Shown: piece by piece, positions 38,228 through 47,577 of the stretch
How the letters are laid out: each line of letters opens with the position of its first letter
Position numbering within the stretch: position 1 is the stretch's first letter
Origin: an uncultured Parcubacteria group bacterium
GTDB taxonomy: Bacteria; Patescibacteriota; Patescibacteriia; UBA9934; CAMTUG01
Length of the DNA stretch: 64,000 nucleotides
Direction of reading: 5' to 3'
Assembly (NCBI GenBank): GCA_947084965.1
Contig: CAMTUG010000001.1
Location: 147,914 to 211,913, forward strand
The notes under the pieces: model-generated
Database searches by the model: none
What the model was told of the DNA's origin: nothing
Seen by the model: the letters and a program-made list of their open reading frames with translations, nothing else
Program-made: the position numbers and the translations under genes

Positions 38228-38773
38228 TTACTTTGTTTCCGTTCCTTCGGTTGGATATGCTTTGACCGGCACCGCGACTTCGGCGCTCCAGTAGTTTTTG
38301 CCGAGCACGACCGCATGAGCGCGCAGGTAAATGATCTGACCTACAAGGTCGTCACCTGCTTTGATGTTGTCTTCAAAGTCCGCTGGGACAGCGAACGATC
38401 CTTTTTTATACGCTTCTGTTGAATGGGCATAGCCAGCCGTTGTGCCATCAACCTCGGTTCCAAAATCTCCTGGATGCGAGGTGGTGTCCCACCAGATCGC
38501 GGTCGAGGTTAAGATCGTTGCTTCGGAGGCGACGTTCCAATCCACGCCGAAGATCGTTCCGGCAACGATCGATTTTGGCGCGCCGGTCAGGGTGACGGTG
38601 AGCGGTACATCGACCGCGCCCGGAGTCGGCTGTTCTTGCTTTGTCTCGTCGCTCGGAGCGGTCGCCTGCTTCTGCGTAATAAACAAAATCCCGGCCACGA
38701 CGATAATCACGAGCGACAGCCACACCCAGCCTGGCGTCCCGCCTTTTTTGCCCTCCTGCTTTGTTTCGTCCAT
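38228..38773 (-). CDS. hypothetical membrane-anchored extracytoplasmic protein
   Basis: N-terminal TM (WVWLSLVIIVVAGILFI), then a Thr/Ala-rich domain. Confidence 0.5.
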   Translation of the reverse strand: MDETKQEGKKGGTPGWVWLSLVIIVVAGILFITQKQATAPSDETKQEQPTPGAVDVPLTVTLTGAPKSIVAGTIFGVDWNVASEATILTSTAIWWDTTSHPGDFGTEVDGTTAGYAHSTEAYKKGSFAVPADFEDNIKAGDDLVGQIIYLRAHAVVLGKNYWSAEVAVPVKAYPTEGTETK

Positions 38774-38815
38774 AAAATAAGGTCTTTATTGATTAGTCGG
38801 CCCCTCCATGATAGC

Positions 38816-39844
38816 ATGACGCACCAGCCTATGAAAGTCGTTCAAGCGTTTACCGAAGGCCATCCGGACAAAGTCTGCGACCAGATCGCGGACGCGATTG
38901 TCGATGAATATTTGCGTCGTGATCCTGCTTGTAGCGTCGACCTGTCGGTCATGGGCGCGCATGGGATGCTGACGATCGGCGGCACGGTGTCGTCGGATGC
39001 GGATTTTGACTGCGCCGAGTTAGCCAAACGCGTCTACCGCGAAATCGGCTACAGCGATGATATTGAACCGTTTGTAAATGTAGACGTGCGTCCCAAGCGC
39101 GACAACAAACACGGCAGTGACGGGACGATTTTTGTGAACGGCTATGCTACGCGCGAAACGCGTGAGTTTTTGCCACAGCCGGTGGTGTTGGTGAATACGT
39201 TAGCGCGACGAATTGATGAGATGCGCAAAAGCGTGCCGGGGTTTTCGTGGATTCGCCCAGACGGCAAAGTGCAGTTGATGATGGACGGCGCGATCATCAA
39301 AGGGGTGACGGTCTTGTTGCAACACGAAGAATCGATGGATCACTCTACCTTGCAGCAGATGATGCTCGAGAAGGTGATTAAGTTAACGCTCGGTCCGGTC
39401 GATCATGCCTTTGTGAGTGTCAATCCGATCGGCTGTTTTTGCGAAGGTGGGTTGGGGCACGACACGGGAGCCAGCAATCGCAAAGTCGATGCCGATACCT
39501 ACGGCGGATTAATTCCGTTCGGGAGCGGCGGGTTGAGTGGGAAAGATCCTGGTCGCACCGAACGCGCCGCCGCCTACATGGCGCGCTATGTAGCCAAGAC
39601 GTTGGTGAAAGAAGGGGTGGCGGACAATGTGCTCGTGAAGCTGGCGTATTCGCTCGGCCGTGCCGAACCGGTAGTTGTTGAAGCGCGTACCGGCGATGGA
39701 CGCGACGTCACCGAACTGATCAAATCGCGTTTTGATTTTCGTACCGAAGCGATCGTCGAGCGCTTGGACTTGCGCCGTCCGATCTATCGCGCAACGGCGA
39801 CCTACGGACATTTTGGGAAAGAAGGGTTGCCCTGGGAGGAATAA
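38816..39844 (+). CDS. metK: S-adenosylmethionine synthetase
   Basis: GHPDKVCDQIADAI, GAHGMLTIGG and GGGAFSGKD-like (FGSGGLSGKDPGRTERAAAYMARYVAKTLV) motifs. Confidence 0.85.
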   Translation: MTHQPMKVVQAFTEGHPDKVCDQIADAIVDEYLRRDPACSVDLSVMGAHGMLTIGGTVSSDADFDCAELAKRVYREIGYSDDIEPFVNVDVRPKRDNKHGSDGTIFVNGYATRETREFLPQPVVLVNTLARRIDEMRKSVPGFSWIRPDGKVQLMMDGAIIKGVTVLLQHEESMDHSTLQQMMLEKVIKLTLGPVDHAFVSVNPIGCFCEGGLGHDTGASNRKVDADTYGGLIPFGSGGLSGKDPGRTERAAAYMARYVAKTLVKEGVADNVLVKLAYSLGRAEPVVVEARTGDGRDVTELIKSRFDFRTEAIVERLDLRRPIYRATATYGHFGKEGLPWEE

Positions 39845-39931
39845 TGTTGAAAAGCGAGCGCGGTCGGACCAGTTTGGCCGACCGCGTGTTCGTTGTGCCG
39901 CTTGCCCGACGGAGCCCTGGCGAAGGCCGGT

Positions 39932-40909
39932 CTAGGGCGACGGCGTGAGGGGTGGAAGTGCGTAGCGGGCGAGCCAGCGCTCAGTCTTGAAGCAGTGGAC
40001 GCTGGCTGCGGTAAGGTCAGGGGCGACCTCGAAGCGGATCTGGTACTGCGATCCCCGCGGCGACCGCTGCTGGTAAGCGAACATCGACACGAGGTCGAGG
40101 ATGGCGAGCACCTCGTCGGCGGTCGGGTTCGTGAGCGAGATCATCCCGAGGTGGTCAGTGCCTTCGGGGAGGTTGCACCCCAGGTGCTCCGGCGCGACGA
40201 TCGGCGTGCTACCTCCGGCGCCGATGATCGCTTCGCGGACGGACTGCGCCATCCAGTGGAGGAGGCCGGTCCGGTGCTTGCGCTCCGCCTGGATCGTCTT
40301 CGAACGATCGATCACGCTGACCGGATTGATCGCTTCGTCGGGGGTCCAGGCACGGACGAAGGGGCACTCGGCGAAGCAGAGGGCGATCGCGCCGTGGCGG
40401 TGTTCGCCCATCCGTCCGAGGCGCGTGCCGATCACCTGGAGCTTCATCTCGAGGATCCCAGGGCCGCGATGCCGCTGCTCCGTGGGGTCGCTTTCCGGGT
40501 TCAGCCAGTAGACGATGTGTGTCCAGAACAGGTCACGCGTGTCGTTCGGTTCGAGGGTGAACTTGCTGGCCCAGGCGCAGTAGTCGGCGTAGCGCTCGAG
40601 GATCGTGACCGCGTGCTTCATGGCGATCCCGCGGGCCTTGCCGGCCGCGAGCCAGGTGTTGTTGATCTGGCGGACCAGGCTCTTGATGACCGACCCTCGC
40701 GTGCTCGTCTGGTTCAGGATGCCCTGGGCGTCGTACTCGGCGGCGACCCGGCGGGCCGTTTCGAGCATCTGCCGTTCGGTCGGCGAGAGGTAGAACCAGT
40801 CACGGCAGAGCCGCTCTTCGACGTCGAGGCGGTGCAGCCAGTGGCGGTCGAGCTCCCAGGGGAGCGGGAGGTGGTTGGGGTGGATCGGAGGGGCGGTCAG
40901 ATCGTTCAT
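39932..40909 (-). CDS. hypothetical protein (high-GC islet 3)
   Basis: 325-aa ORF with GC-rich codon usage. No recognisable motif. Confidence 0.4.
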   Translation of the reverse strand: MNDLTAPPIHPNHLPLPWELDRHWLHRLDVEERLCRDWFYLSPTERQMLETARRVAAEYDAQGILNQTSTRGSVIKSLVRQINNTWLAAGKARGIAMKHAVTILERYADYCAWASKFTLEPNDTRDLFWTHIVYWLNPESDPTEQRHRGPGILEMKLQVIGTRLGRMGEHRHGAIALCFAECPFVRAWTPDEAINPVSVIDRSKTIQAERKHRTGLLHWMAQSVREAIIGAGGSTPIVAPEHLGCNLPEGTDHLGMISLTNPTADEVLAILDLVSMFAYQQRSPRGSQYQIRFEVAPDLTAASVHCFKTERWLARYALPPLTPSP

Positions 40910-41064
40910 CGTTGACTCCGCACGGTTACCACCGTGAGGCGAAGGGTGAAACCCCTTGAATCACATGCGACCCGCATGCTCACTCGGTACTCACCGAGCT
41001 AGATCAAGGACAGGTGGCGCCTGCGCTTTTGGATTATCAATAAAATCCGCCCGCGTCAAGTGTT

Positions 41065-41796
41065 GTGTTATACTTCTTGCGATATATGAAAGGAACACTC
41101 GGGCTTGTAACGGTGATCATGATTTTTGCAGGAACGTTGTTTGTGATCGTCACAGAACATCCAGAAGGGCGTCGTGTGACGAGCGAAGACGGTCGCGTGA
41201 CACTCGAAGGCGAACTTACTCCCGAGGCACAGATCTCGATCGAGAGCGCTCCGCACGGAGTCGGACCGTGGACCGCAGTGATTGCTGGGGAGTACCAAGC
41301 GTTCCCTTCGGATTTTGTTTTGACCACGCCTCTCACCGTCAGCTTCACCTATGCAACCGAAGATCTCGGCGGGGCAGATCCTCGTGCACTGCGTGTCGGT
41401 TTTTATGATGAGGAGTTTGGCATGTGGCGGACGGTGCCGACAGCGATTGCGGATAATGCTGCCTCTGCGCTGATCTACAATTTTGACGCGCTGTTCGCCC
41501 TTTTACTGATGGATGCTGTTGCTGTACCAAATTTTGAAGTCGAGATCGCCGAGCTTCTTTCCGCTGCTCCGGATGAAGCCGTAGGATATGAACTCGTTGT
41601 GGCGTACGCTCAAGTGCCGGGGGATTTTGTGATCCTTGAAGGTACGACCCAAAGTGGTGGATGCGGTGGGCGGTATCGTATCGGAGAATCAACGACGATG
41701 ACGTCGATCGGGGACAAATTTGGTGACGGACTTGAGTATCAGATTATGGTGATTTGGCAGTTGGGCGAAGGGTGCGGAAGAGCGATGATTCAATAA
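41065..41796 (+). CDS. hypothetical membrane-anchored protein
   Basis: N-terminal TM (LGLVTVIMIFAGTLFVIV) plus an extracytoplasmic domain. Confidence 0.5.
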   Translation: MLYFLRYMKGTLGLVTVIMIFAGTLFVIVTEHPEGRRVTSEDGRVTLEGELTPEAQISIESAPHGVGPWTAVIAGEYQAFPSDFVLTTPLTVSFTYATEDLGGADPRALRVGFYDEEFGMWRTVPTAIADNAASALIYNFDALFALLLMDAVAVPNFEVEIAELLSAAPDEAVGYELVVAYAQVPGDFVILEGTTQSGGCGGRYRIGESTTMTSIGDKFGDGLEYQIMVIWQLGEGCGRAMIQ

Positions 41797-41928
41797 ATAC
41801 GAAAATCGAAATTCGAAACAAATTCGAAATGAAAATAGGAAAACGTTAAACCTGTTTCAACATTTCCGATTTTCTATTCTGAGTTGTTTCGAATTTCGAC
41901 TTTCGGATTTTGTATTTATAGAAACAAC
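41797..41928. repeat. AT-rich long palindromic repeat, family A, copy 3
   Basis: AAATACGAAAATCGAAATTCGAAACAAATTCGAAATG ... GAGTTGTTTCGAATTTCGACTTTCGGATTTTGTATTT. Lies between convergent genes. Confidence 0.7.
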
Positions 41929-41932
41929 CGGC

Positions 41933-43099
41933 CTAGCGGGAGGCACGGTCGTTTTTGAGTTCGGCGTTGAGCCGAGCGTAGACGATGAGAGCGATGAGTC
42001 CACCGACGAGGGCCAGGCCCGAAGTGATCAGGAACGGTTGTGGCGCCGTGGCCACGAAGCTCGCACCAACGAATCGTCCGAGGGAAGCGGCGGTGAACCC
42101 CATGGCGAGCGCGGAGCCTTGCAGACCCGGCGTCAGCTTGCTTTGCAGAGCGCCGATGAAGGCGTCGCCAAGGAAGCCGAGGTAGGTCACGAGGACGAGG
42201 ATGGCGAAGATCGCTCCGAGGCTGTGCGCGATGATCGGCAGGAGAAAGACGCCGGCCGAAGCGGCAAGCGCGAAGGTGGTCGCCAGCCCTTCGTTTTTCA
42301 TCTCCATCCGCCGCGAACGGAAGATCACGCTGCCAAAGGTGGCGAGTAAGGTTGCCAGAGCGAGAAGCAATCCGCTCGTTTTGTCTGCGAGTGTGGCGAG
42401 TTGGAGGACCGCTTGCAGGTAGAACCCCAAGAACGAGGCGGCGGTGAAGAATGAGATCCCGAGCGAGAGGAGCAGGGTCGCGGTGATTCTGGGTCCAGAC
42501 GGCGGGGCAAGTTCGTAGTGAGCGATCGGCATCCGTCGGATGATGACGATGAGCGCACCGATGATCACGGCAAGAAGGACGGTGAAGGTGTTGATGCCGA
42601 ACTTCTCGACGATTGCGGTTGGCAGCACCAGCCCCATCACTGAACCGACCAGTCCGTAGCCGATCACCCCGGCGATCCCTTTGGCTCGCTCTTCGGATGT
42701 TGTGTGGTAAGCCATGCCGGCGAGGCAGACGACGACGCCCCCGCCGCCGATCCCGAGGAGGAAGCGGTGGATGATCCATCCGGCGAATCCGCCGAAGAAG
42801 AGTGGGGGGATCGCGAGCAGAAGGAAGATTCCGCCAACGGTCAGGAGTCGCCGTTCGTGAACGCGATCGGCGAGGTAACCGAAGATCGGTACGGACAGGA
42901 ACTGAGCGAGGGCAAAGGCGCCGACGATCAGGCCGACCTCAGCTTCCGACAGTCCCTCGGTTCCGAGGAGGAACGGAGTCAATGCGAAGATCGCCTGGCT
43001 GAGCGCCGTGACGACAAAGGTGTAGTTGCGAACAGCAGCGAGGTATCGCTGACCTTCAGGGGTGTTTGTGTTGTCTTTGAAGAAGCGCATGTTTTCCAC
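41933..43099 (-). CDS. MFS-family transporter
   Basis: 12 predicted TM segments. MFS signature G-x-L-x-D-R-x-G-R-R-like (GYLADRVHERRLL). Confidence 0.75.
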   Translation of the reverse strand: MENMRFFKDNTNTPEGQRYLAAVRNYTFVVTALSQAIFALTPFLLGTEGLSEAEVGLIVGAFALAQFLSVPIFGYLADRVHERRLLTVGGIFLLLAIPPLFFGGFAGWIIHRFLLGIGGGGVVVCLAGMAYHTTSEERAKGIAGVIGYGLVGSVMGLVLPTAIVEKFGINTFTVLLAVIIGALIVIIRRMPIAHYELAPPSGPRITATLLLSLGISFFTAASFLGFYLQAVLQLATLADKTSGLLLALATLLATFGSVIFRSRRMEMKNEGLATTFALAASAGVFLLPIIAHSLGAIFAILVLVTYLGFLGDAFIGALQSKLTPGLQGSALAMGFTAASLGRFVGASFVATAPQPFLITSGLALVGGLIALIVYARLNAELKNDRASR

Positions 43100-43284
43100 C
43101 TCAATAGCCTATTTGATCAGTAAGTTTGAGGCAGGTCAATCATAAGGGATGTCAGACGATTCTGACAGGGGAGCGGATTTTGGCGGGTTGGATTAGGGCG
43201 AACGCTGTCAGAACTCCCTGACTCTCCTGTGGACAACTCTTCTGTGTTATACTGTCAGCAGATTTAATTTTCTTTCGAGGAGGT

Positions 43285-43530
43285 ATGGAACCTATCCAGA
43301 AAAAAACAAAGGCTAAGGCCAAAACGCGAACGAAGAAGATGACCCCGGTCGTCATTAAGAGTTCGGGGATCTGTAAAACGTGCTCGGCCCTCCCCGTCGG
43401 GAGTATGGAGTTGACCTCGCTCCTTCTCGTTCTTATCTTCTCGCTCGTTTCGGTCCTGTTCACATCGATCTTAGCGCTCGACGCCCAACAGGAAAAGATC
43501 GTCGCCCTCGAAGCGCAAGTTCAACAGTAA
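43285..43530 (+). CDS. small hypothetical membrane protein
   Basis: Lys-rich N-terminus then one TM. Directly upstream of the PPIase gene. Confidence 0.35.
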   Translation: MEPIQKKTKAKAKTRTKKMTPVVIKSSGICKTCSALPVGSMELTSLLLVLIFSLVSVLFTSILALDAQQEKIVALEAQVQQ

Positions 43531-43539
43531 TTCTTTCGT

Positions 43540-44148
43540 ATGAAGCGGATGCTTATTGTCCCCATGTTCGCGTTGTTATTGATCGGTGCGGGATGTAAGG
43601 GGGATTCATTCATTGAACCGAGTGCTGAGCCGACCGAAATTCAACCGTCGGCAGAAGAATCTATGACAGAACCAAAACCAGGCGAGTTCCCGGGCGTGAT
43701 CGCGGAAGCCGAACGTTTGAACAAGCAGGTCCGGATGATGACGGATAAAGGCGAGATCGTCTTTGAGTTGTACGGCGACACCGCGCCAAAAGCGGTCAGT
43801 AACTTTATTACCCTCACCAACAACGGGTACTTCAACGGCCTGACGTTCCACCGTCGCGTCGAAGGGTTTGTGATTCAGGGTGGGGATCCGGATGGTAATG
43901 GTACTGGCGGCCCGGGCTACACCTTTGAAGACGAATTAAGCGACAACTACACCTACGAACGTGGCGTGGTAGCGATGGCCAATCGGGGTCCAGACACCAA
44001 CGGTTCGCAATTCTTCATCATGCTTGCGGATTACCCATTGCCAAAGTCCTACACGATTTTCGGTCGGGTGACGTCCGGGCTCGAAGCGGTTGATGCGATT
44101 CAGGTTGGTGATAAGATGACGACCGTAGCGATCGAAGCGAAACCGTAA
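43540..44148 (+). CDS. cyclophilin-type peptidyl-prolyl cis-trans isomerase, lipoprotein
   Basis: Lipobox LIGAGC. GDTAPKAVSNF...FHRRVEGFVIQGGDP...GSQFFI cyclophilin motifs. Confidence 0.85.
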   Translation: MKRMLIVPMFALLLIGAGCKGDSFIEPSAEPTEIQPSAEESMTEPKPGEFPGVIAEAERLNKQVRMMTDKGEIVFELYGDTAPKAVSNFITLTNNGYFNGLTFHRRVEGFVIQGGDPDGNGTGGPGYTFEDELSDNYTYERGVVAMANRGPDTNGSQFFIMLADYPLPKSYTIFGRVTSGLEAVDAIQVGDKMTTVAIEAKP

Positions 44149-44372
44149 CGGGATTCACTGAAGAGATCGGAGCGGGGCCGTTGTGCTCCGCTCCTTGATT
44201 TTGTTGTTCGCAGAAGTGTTGGGTGTCTCAAAAATACAAGTTTCAAACTTTTTGAGCACTAAATGTAGTCAAAAAGTTGTTGAAGACACTTTTTTGACGC
44301 ACCCCGAGAGAGTGACGACTTGGAGAAACGTCGACGCCGGCCTCGAGTAGGAGGCCGGCGGAGCGCGGTAGT

Positions 44373-44810
44373 TCACTTGAAGAGAAAGAACAGGCTGAGG
44401 ACGATCACGATCGTTCCGATGGCGGCGAGGACCCACACCTCGGAAGACCAGGACCGGTAGTGGAGGATGTTGTCGCGAATCTTCTGCCAGTCGAAGGAGC
44501 CGCTGAGGAGCGCCGCGGCGCTCCAGGTCGGCTGGCGCGGCTCCTCCAGGCTTTCGCGATTGAGGACCTTGGTCGCCACCTCGACGGCGTTGAATCGCCT
44601 GTTGCAGTAGGCGATCATCTGCCCCCTCCCGTCGAAGTGGAAGTACTCGATGAGGCGGGGCGAGATGATGATGATCAGCTTCGCGCCGTTGATCTGCGGG
44701 ACGTAGAACCCGCCGGTCGCGCGCGGGTCGGTCGTGTTGATGGGGGCTGGGGAGAGGATGAGGAACGTGCCCTCACCCTGGTCGGTGATGATCAATTCGA
44801 TGTCAGCCAT
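44373..44810 (-). CDS. hypothetical protein with C-terminal TM (high-GC islet 4)
   Basis: 145-aa ORF with GC-rich codon usage and a C-terminal hydrophobic segment. Confidence 0.4.
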   Translation of the reverse strand: MADIELIITDQGEGTFLILSPAPINTTDPRATGGFYVPQINGAKLIIIISPRLIEYFHFDGRGQMIAYCNRRFNAVEVATKVLNRESLEEPRQPTWSAAALLSGSFDWQKIRDNILHYRSWSSEVWVLAAIGTIVIVLSLFFLFK

Positions 44811-44883
44811 GGGGCCTTCCTGGGTGGTCGAGAAGAATAGCGACCTAAAGAAAATAAGTCAACCCTATGCTATAATTGACCGT

Positions 44884-46278
44884 ATGCCGAAGGCTTTGAC
44901 AGAGAAAACGTTTTATCGGTTTTTGAAATGCCCGACCTGGGTCTATTTTGATGCCCACCAAACACAAAAGTCCCATGATGCTTTGCTTTCGCGGTTGATG
45001 GACGATGGATTGTTACCCGAGGTGGAACGCGAGATGTTGCGCGATCGCGGGTTTGCCGAAGTGGATTCAGAAGAGCAAGACGATGCTTTTAGTCGCACCA
45101 TGCAACTGATGAAAGCGGGGGAACAGACAATTTTGCACGGAGTCTTGATCCACGGCCACGCGGTTGGGCATCCTGATGTACTCGAACGCGTCGAAGGACG
45201 GTCAAAGTTTGGGAACTATTATTATATCGCCTGCGACATCAAACGGAATCGTCATCTGCAAGACGTCTATAAATTTCAAGGGGCGTTTTACGCAGAACTA
45301 TTGGAACGCATCCAGGGGGTGAAACCAAACCAGGGCTATGTCATGACACCGGACGGCGATGTGCAAAGTTATGTTCTGGCGCCGTTCGAAGCGGAATATC
45401 ACTTGACGCTGAACGCGATAGAACAGATTTTGGCTGGACAGAAGCCCCCGCACTTTGTCACAAGCGGGTGCAAGCAGTCTCCATGGTTTTCGGAATGTAA
45501 AAATACGTCGCTTATCTGTGATGATCTGTCGCTCATCAATCGTATTTGGCGCACAGAAGTCGAAGCGTTGCAGAATGCAGGTGTACAATCGGTTGGAGCG
45601 CTGGCTGCCAGCGATCCAGATATGCTTGCTGGTAAAACGGGTCTGACCCGTGATCGTCTGCATCATTTACGACTCCAAGCCACAGCGCTCGTAGAAAAGC
45701 GCACCATCGTTACAGAATCGATCCCGTTTCCATCATCAAACATCGAGTTATATTTTGACGTTGAAAGCGACCCGGTCCGCGACCTTGAATTTCTATTTGG
45801 CGTGTTGGTTGTTGATCATGGTAAGGAAACGTACCACTCGTTCGTCGCTGACACGCCAGACGAAGAAGGCAAAGCGTGGCTTGATTTCATCGCCTTTCTC
45901 GCGCAGTATCCGGACGCTCCGATCTACCATTTTGGCTGGTACGAAATCGAAGTGATGAAACGGATGGGAACGAAGTATGGAAATCTCGACGTCGCCGAAC
46001 GAATAATCGAACGACAGATGAAAGATCTGCTCATCACGATTCGTGACGCGGTCATCTTTCCGTTGCACTTCTATTCGCTCAAAGACATCGCCAAGCTTCT
46101 AGGGTTCAACTGGCGCAATGCCGATGCATCAGGAATCAACGCCGTGATGTGGTACGAGGAATACTTGACCAATCGCCGCAAAAAATCAAAACTTCAAGAT
46201 ATTATCGATTATAATGAAGACGACTGCCGCGCCACCTACGTCGTAAAAAAATGGTGCGCGGAAAAATCTGGAGTATGA
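44884..46278 (+). CDS. TM0106-family RecB-like nuclease (PD-(D/E)xK/Cas4-like N-domain + RNase-H-like C-domain)
   Basis: N-terminal FLKCPTWVYF...GHPDVL...YYYIACDIK (Cas4/RecB-like D-E-K). C-terminal IELYFDVESDP...YHFGWYE exonuclease-like fold. Internal Met start of the 44734 ORF. Confidence 0.6.
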   Translation: MPKALTEKTFYRFLKCPTWVYFDAHQTQKSHDALLSRLMDDGLLPEVEREMLRDRGFAEVDSEEQDDAFSRTMQLMKAGEQTILHGVLIHGHAVGHPDVLERVEGRSKFGNYYYIACDIKRNRHLQDVYKFQGAFYAELLERIQGVKPNQGYVMTPDGDVQSYVLAPFEAEYHLTLNAIEQILAGQKPPHFVTSGCKQSPWFSECKNTSLICDDLSLINRIWRTEVEALQNAGVQSVGALAASDPDMLAGKTGLTRDRLHHLRLQATALVEKRTIVTESIPFPSSNIELYFDVESDPVRDLEFLFGVLVVDHGKETYHSFVADTPDEEGKAWLDFIAFLAQYPDAPIYHFGWYEIEVMKRMGTKYGNLDVAERIIERQMKDLLITIRDAVIFPLHFYSLKDIAKLLGFNWRNADASGINAVMWYEEYLTNRRKKSKLQDIIDYNEDDCRATYVVKKWCAEKSGV

Positions 46279-47111
46279 AAAAGTTCGTGATTATTCTCGC
46301 GTTTGTCCTTCTTGCGGGCGGTGTTTACGCCAATCGCGGGACGATCTCTGATTGGTTTACCGAAGCGCAAAAACCGAACGTGCCGGAAGTGGCGTTTGAA
46401 GATGTTGCTGAAACAGAAGAGGAAGGGGGCGTAGACGTTCCGGTGGTCGTGGAGACGGACGAAGAACCCCTTGTCGACGAGCCTGTGGTTGAACCAGTGC
46501 CGGAGGAAGAGCCAGAAGCAGAACCGGTTGCATCAGCGCTTCCGGCGGAATTTAATCTTGCCGTGCCCTTTACTTCGCAAGCGCCGCATAGCAACTGGGC
46601 AGAACCGTACAACGAAGCGTGCGAAGAGGCGTCGGCGTTGATGGCTGCCTACTACTTGATGGGCAAACCGTCCGGGAAGATCGATCCGAGTGTTGCTGAC
46701 GCGGAACTGTTAAAGATCGTTGAGTTTGAAAATCAACTTTTTGGATTTTATAAAGATACGACCGCCGAAGAAACGGCGCTGCTGATTGAATCGTTCTATC
46801 ATCTCTCTACGGAGCTCTTAGAAAATCCGACCATCGAACAGATCAAATCCGCGTTGAACGACGGCTATCCAGTGATCGTTCCGGCCGCGGGCCGCCAGCT
46901 TGGGAATCCAAACTTTACGGGTGCGGGGCCGCTCTACCATATGTTTGTACTCAAGGGGTATACTGAAAATGGCTTCATCACCAACGATCCGGGCACTCGC
47001 CTCGGAGCGGACTATTTTTACACCTACGAGACGGTGATGTCCGCGATGCATGATTGGAACGGGGGAGAAGTAGAGACCGGGGCCAAAGTCGTGATTATTG
47101 TGAAGCCGTAA
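46275..47111 (+). CDS. secreted C39-like peptidase domain protein with acidic Pro/Glu-rich linker
   Basis: Signal peptide, PE-rich spacer, then LAVPFTSQAPHSNWAEPYNEACEEASALMAAYY (C39_2-like catalytic Cys region). Confidence 0.6.
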   Translation: MKKFVIILAFVLLAGGVYANRGTISDWFTEAQKPNVPEVAFEDVAETEEEGGVDVPVVVETDEEPLVDEPVVEPVPEEEPEAEPVASALPAEFNLAVPFTSQAPHSNWAEPYNEACEEASALMAAYYLMGKPSGKIDPSVADAELLKIVEFENQLFGFYKDTTAEETALLIESFYHLSTELLENPTIEQIKSALNDGYPVIVPAAGRQLGNPNFTGAGPLYHMFVLKGYTENGFITNDPGTRLGADYFYTYETVMSAMHDWNGGEVETGAKVVIIVKP

Positions 47112-47113
47112 GT

Positions 47114-47575
47114 ATGATGGAAAATCTTTTGCTCGGTTCCGCGATCGGGGCGATCGCCGGCGTGGTGCTCGCTATTCCTGGAGTTATTTTGGAATCTGCA
47201 CGCCGTACCAAGAATTTGCCGTTGATTATCGATGTGAAAGAAGTGTGGGGTAAAAAGCTAACGGACAACGAAGTTTTTCTCGTTTCGCTTTTGATTCATC
47301 TGATTTTTTCAACGCTCGCGGGGACGATCTACGTCCTGTTTGCAGAAAGTGGCTGGTTGTTTATCACCAATGCTCCTTACGCTCTGCACTCCATCGAGAT
47401 TTTTGCCGTTTTTGCCTGGGCGGTAACGGGTGCCCTGCTGTATCCGCTCCTTGGCTTTGGTTTTTTTGGCCGCCGTGAAGGTCATCACATCTGGTTTGAA
47501 ATGCTCGTCACTCAATTACTTCTCGGCCTTCTCTTCTGGCTCGCGATTCGTTATTATCAGCCGTTTTTCTTCTAG
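47114..47575 (+). CDS. hypothetical 4-5 TM membrane protein
   Basis: Hydrophobic profile only. Confidence 0.45.
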   Translation: MMENLLLGSAIGAIAGVVLAIPGVILESARRTKNLPLIIDVKEVWGKKLTDNEVFLVSLLIHLIFSTLAGTIYVLFAESGWLFITNAPYALHSIEIFAVFAWAVTGALLYPLLGFGFFGRREGHHIWFEMLVTQLLLGLLFWLAIRYYQPFFF

Positions 47576-47577
47576 AT

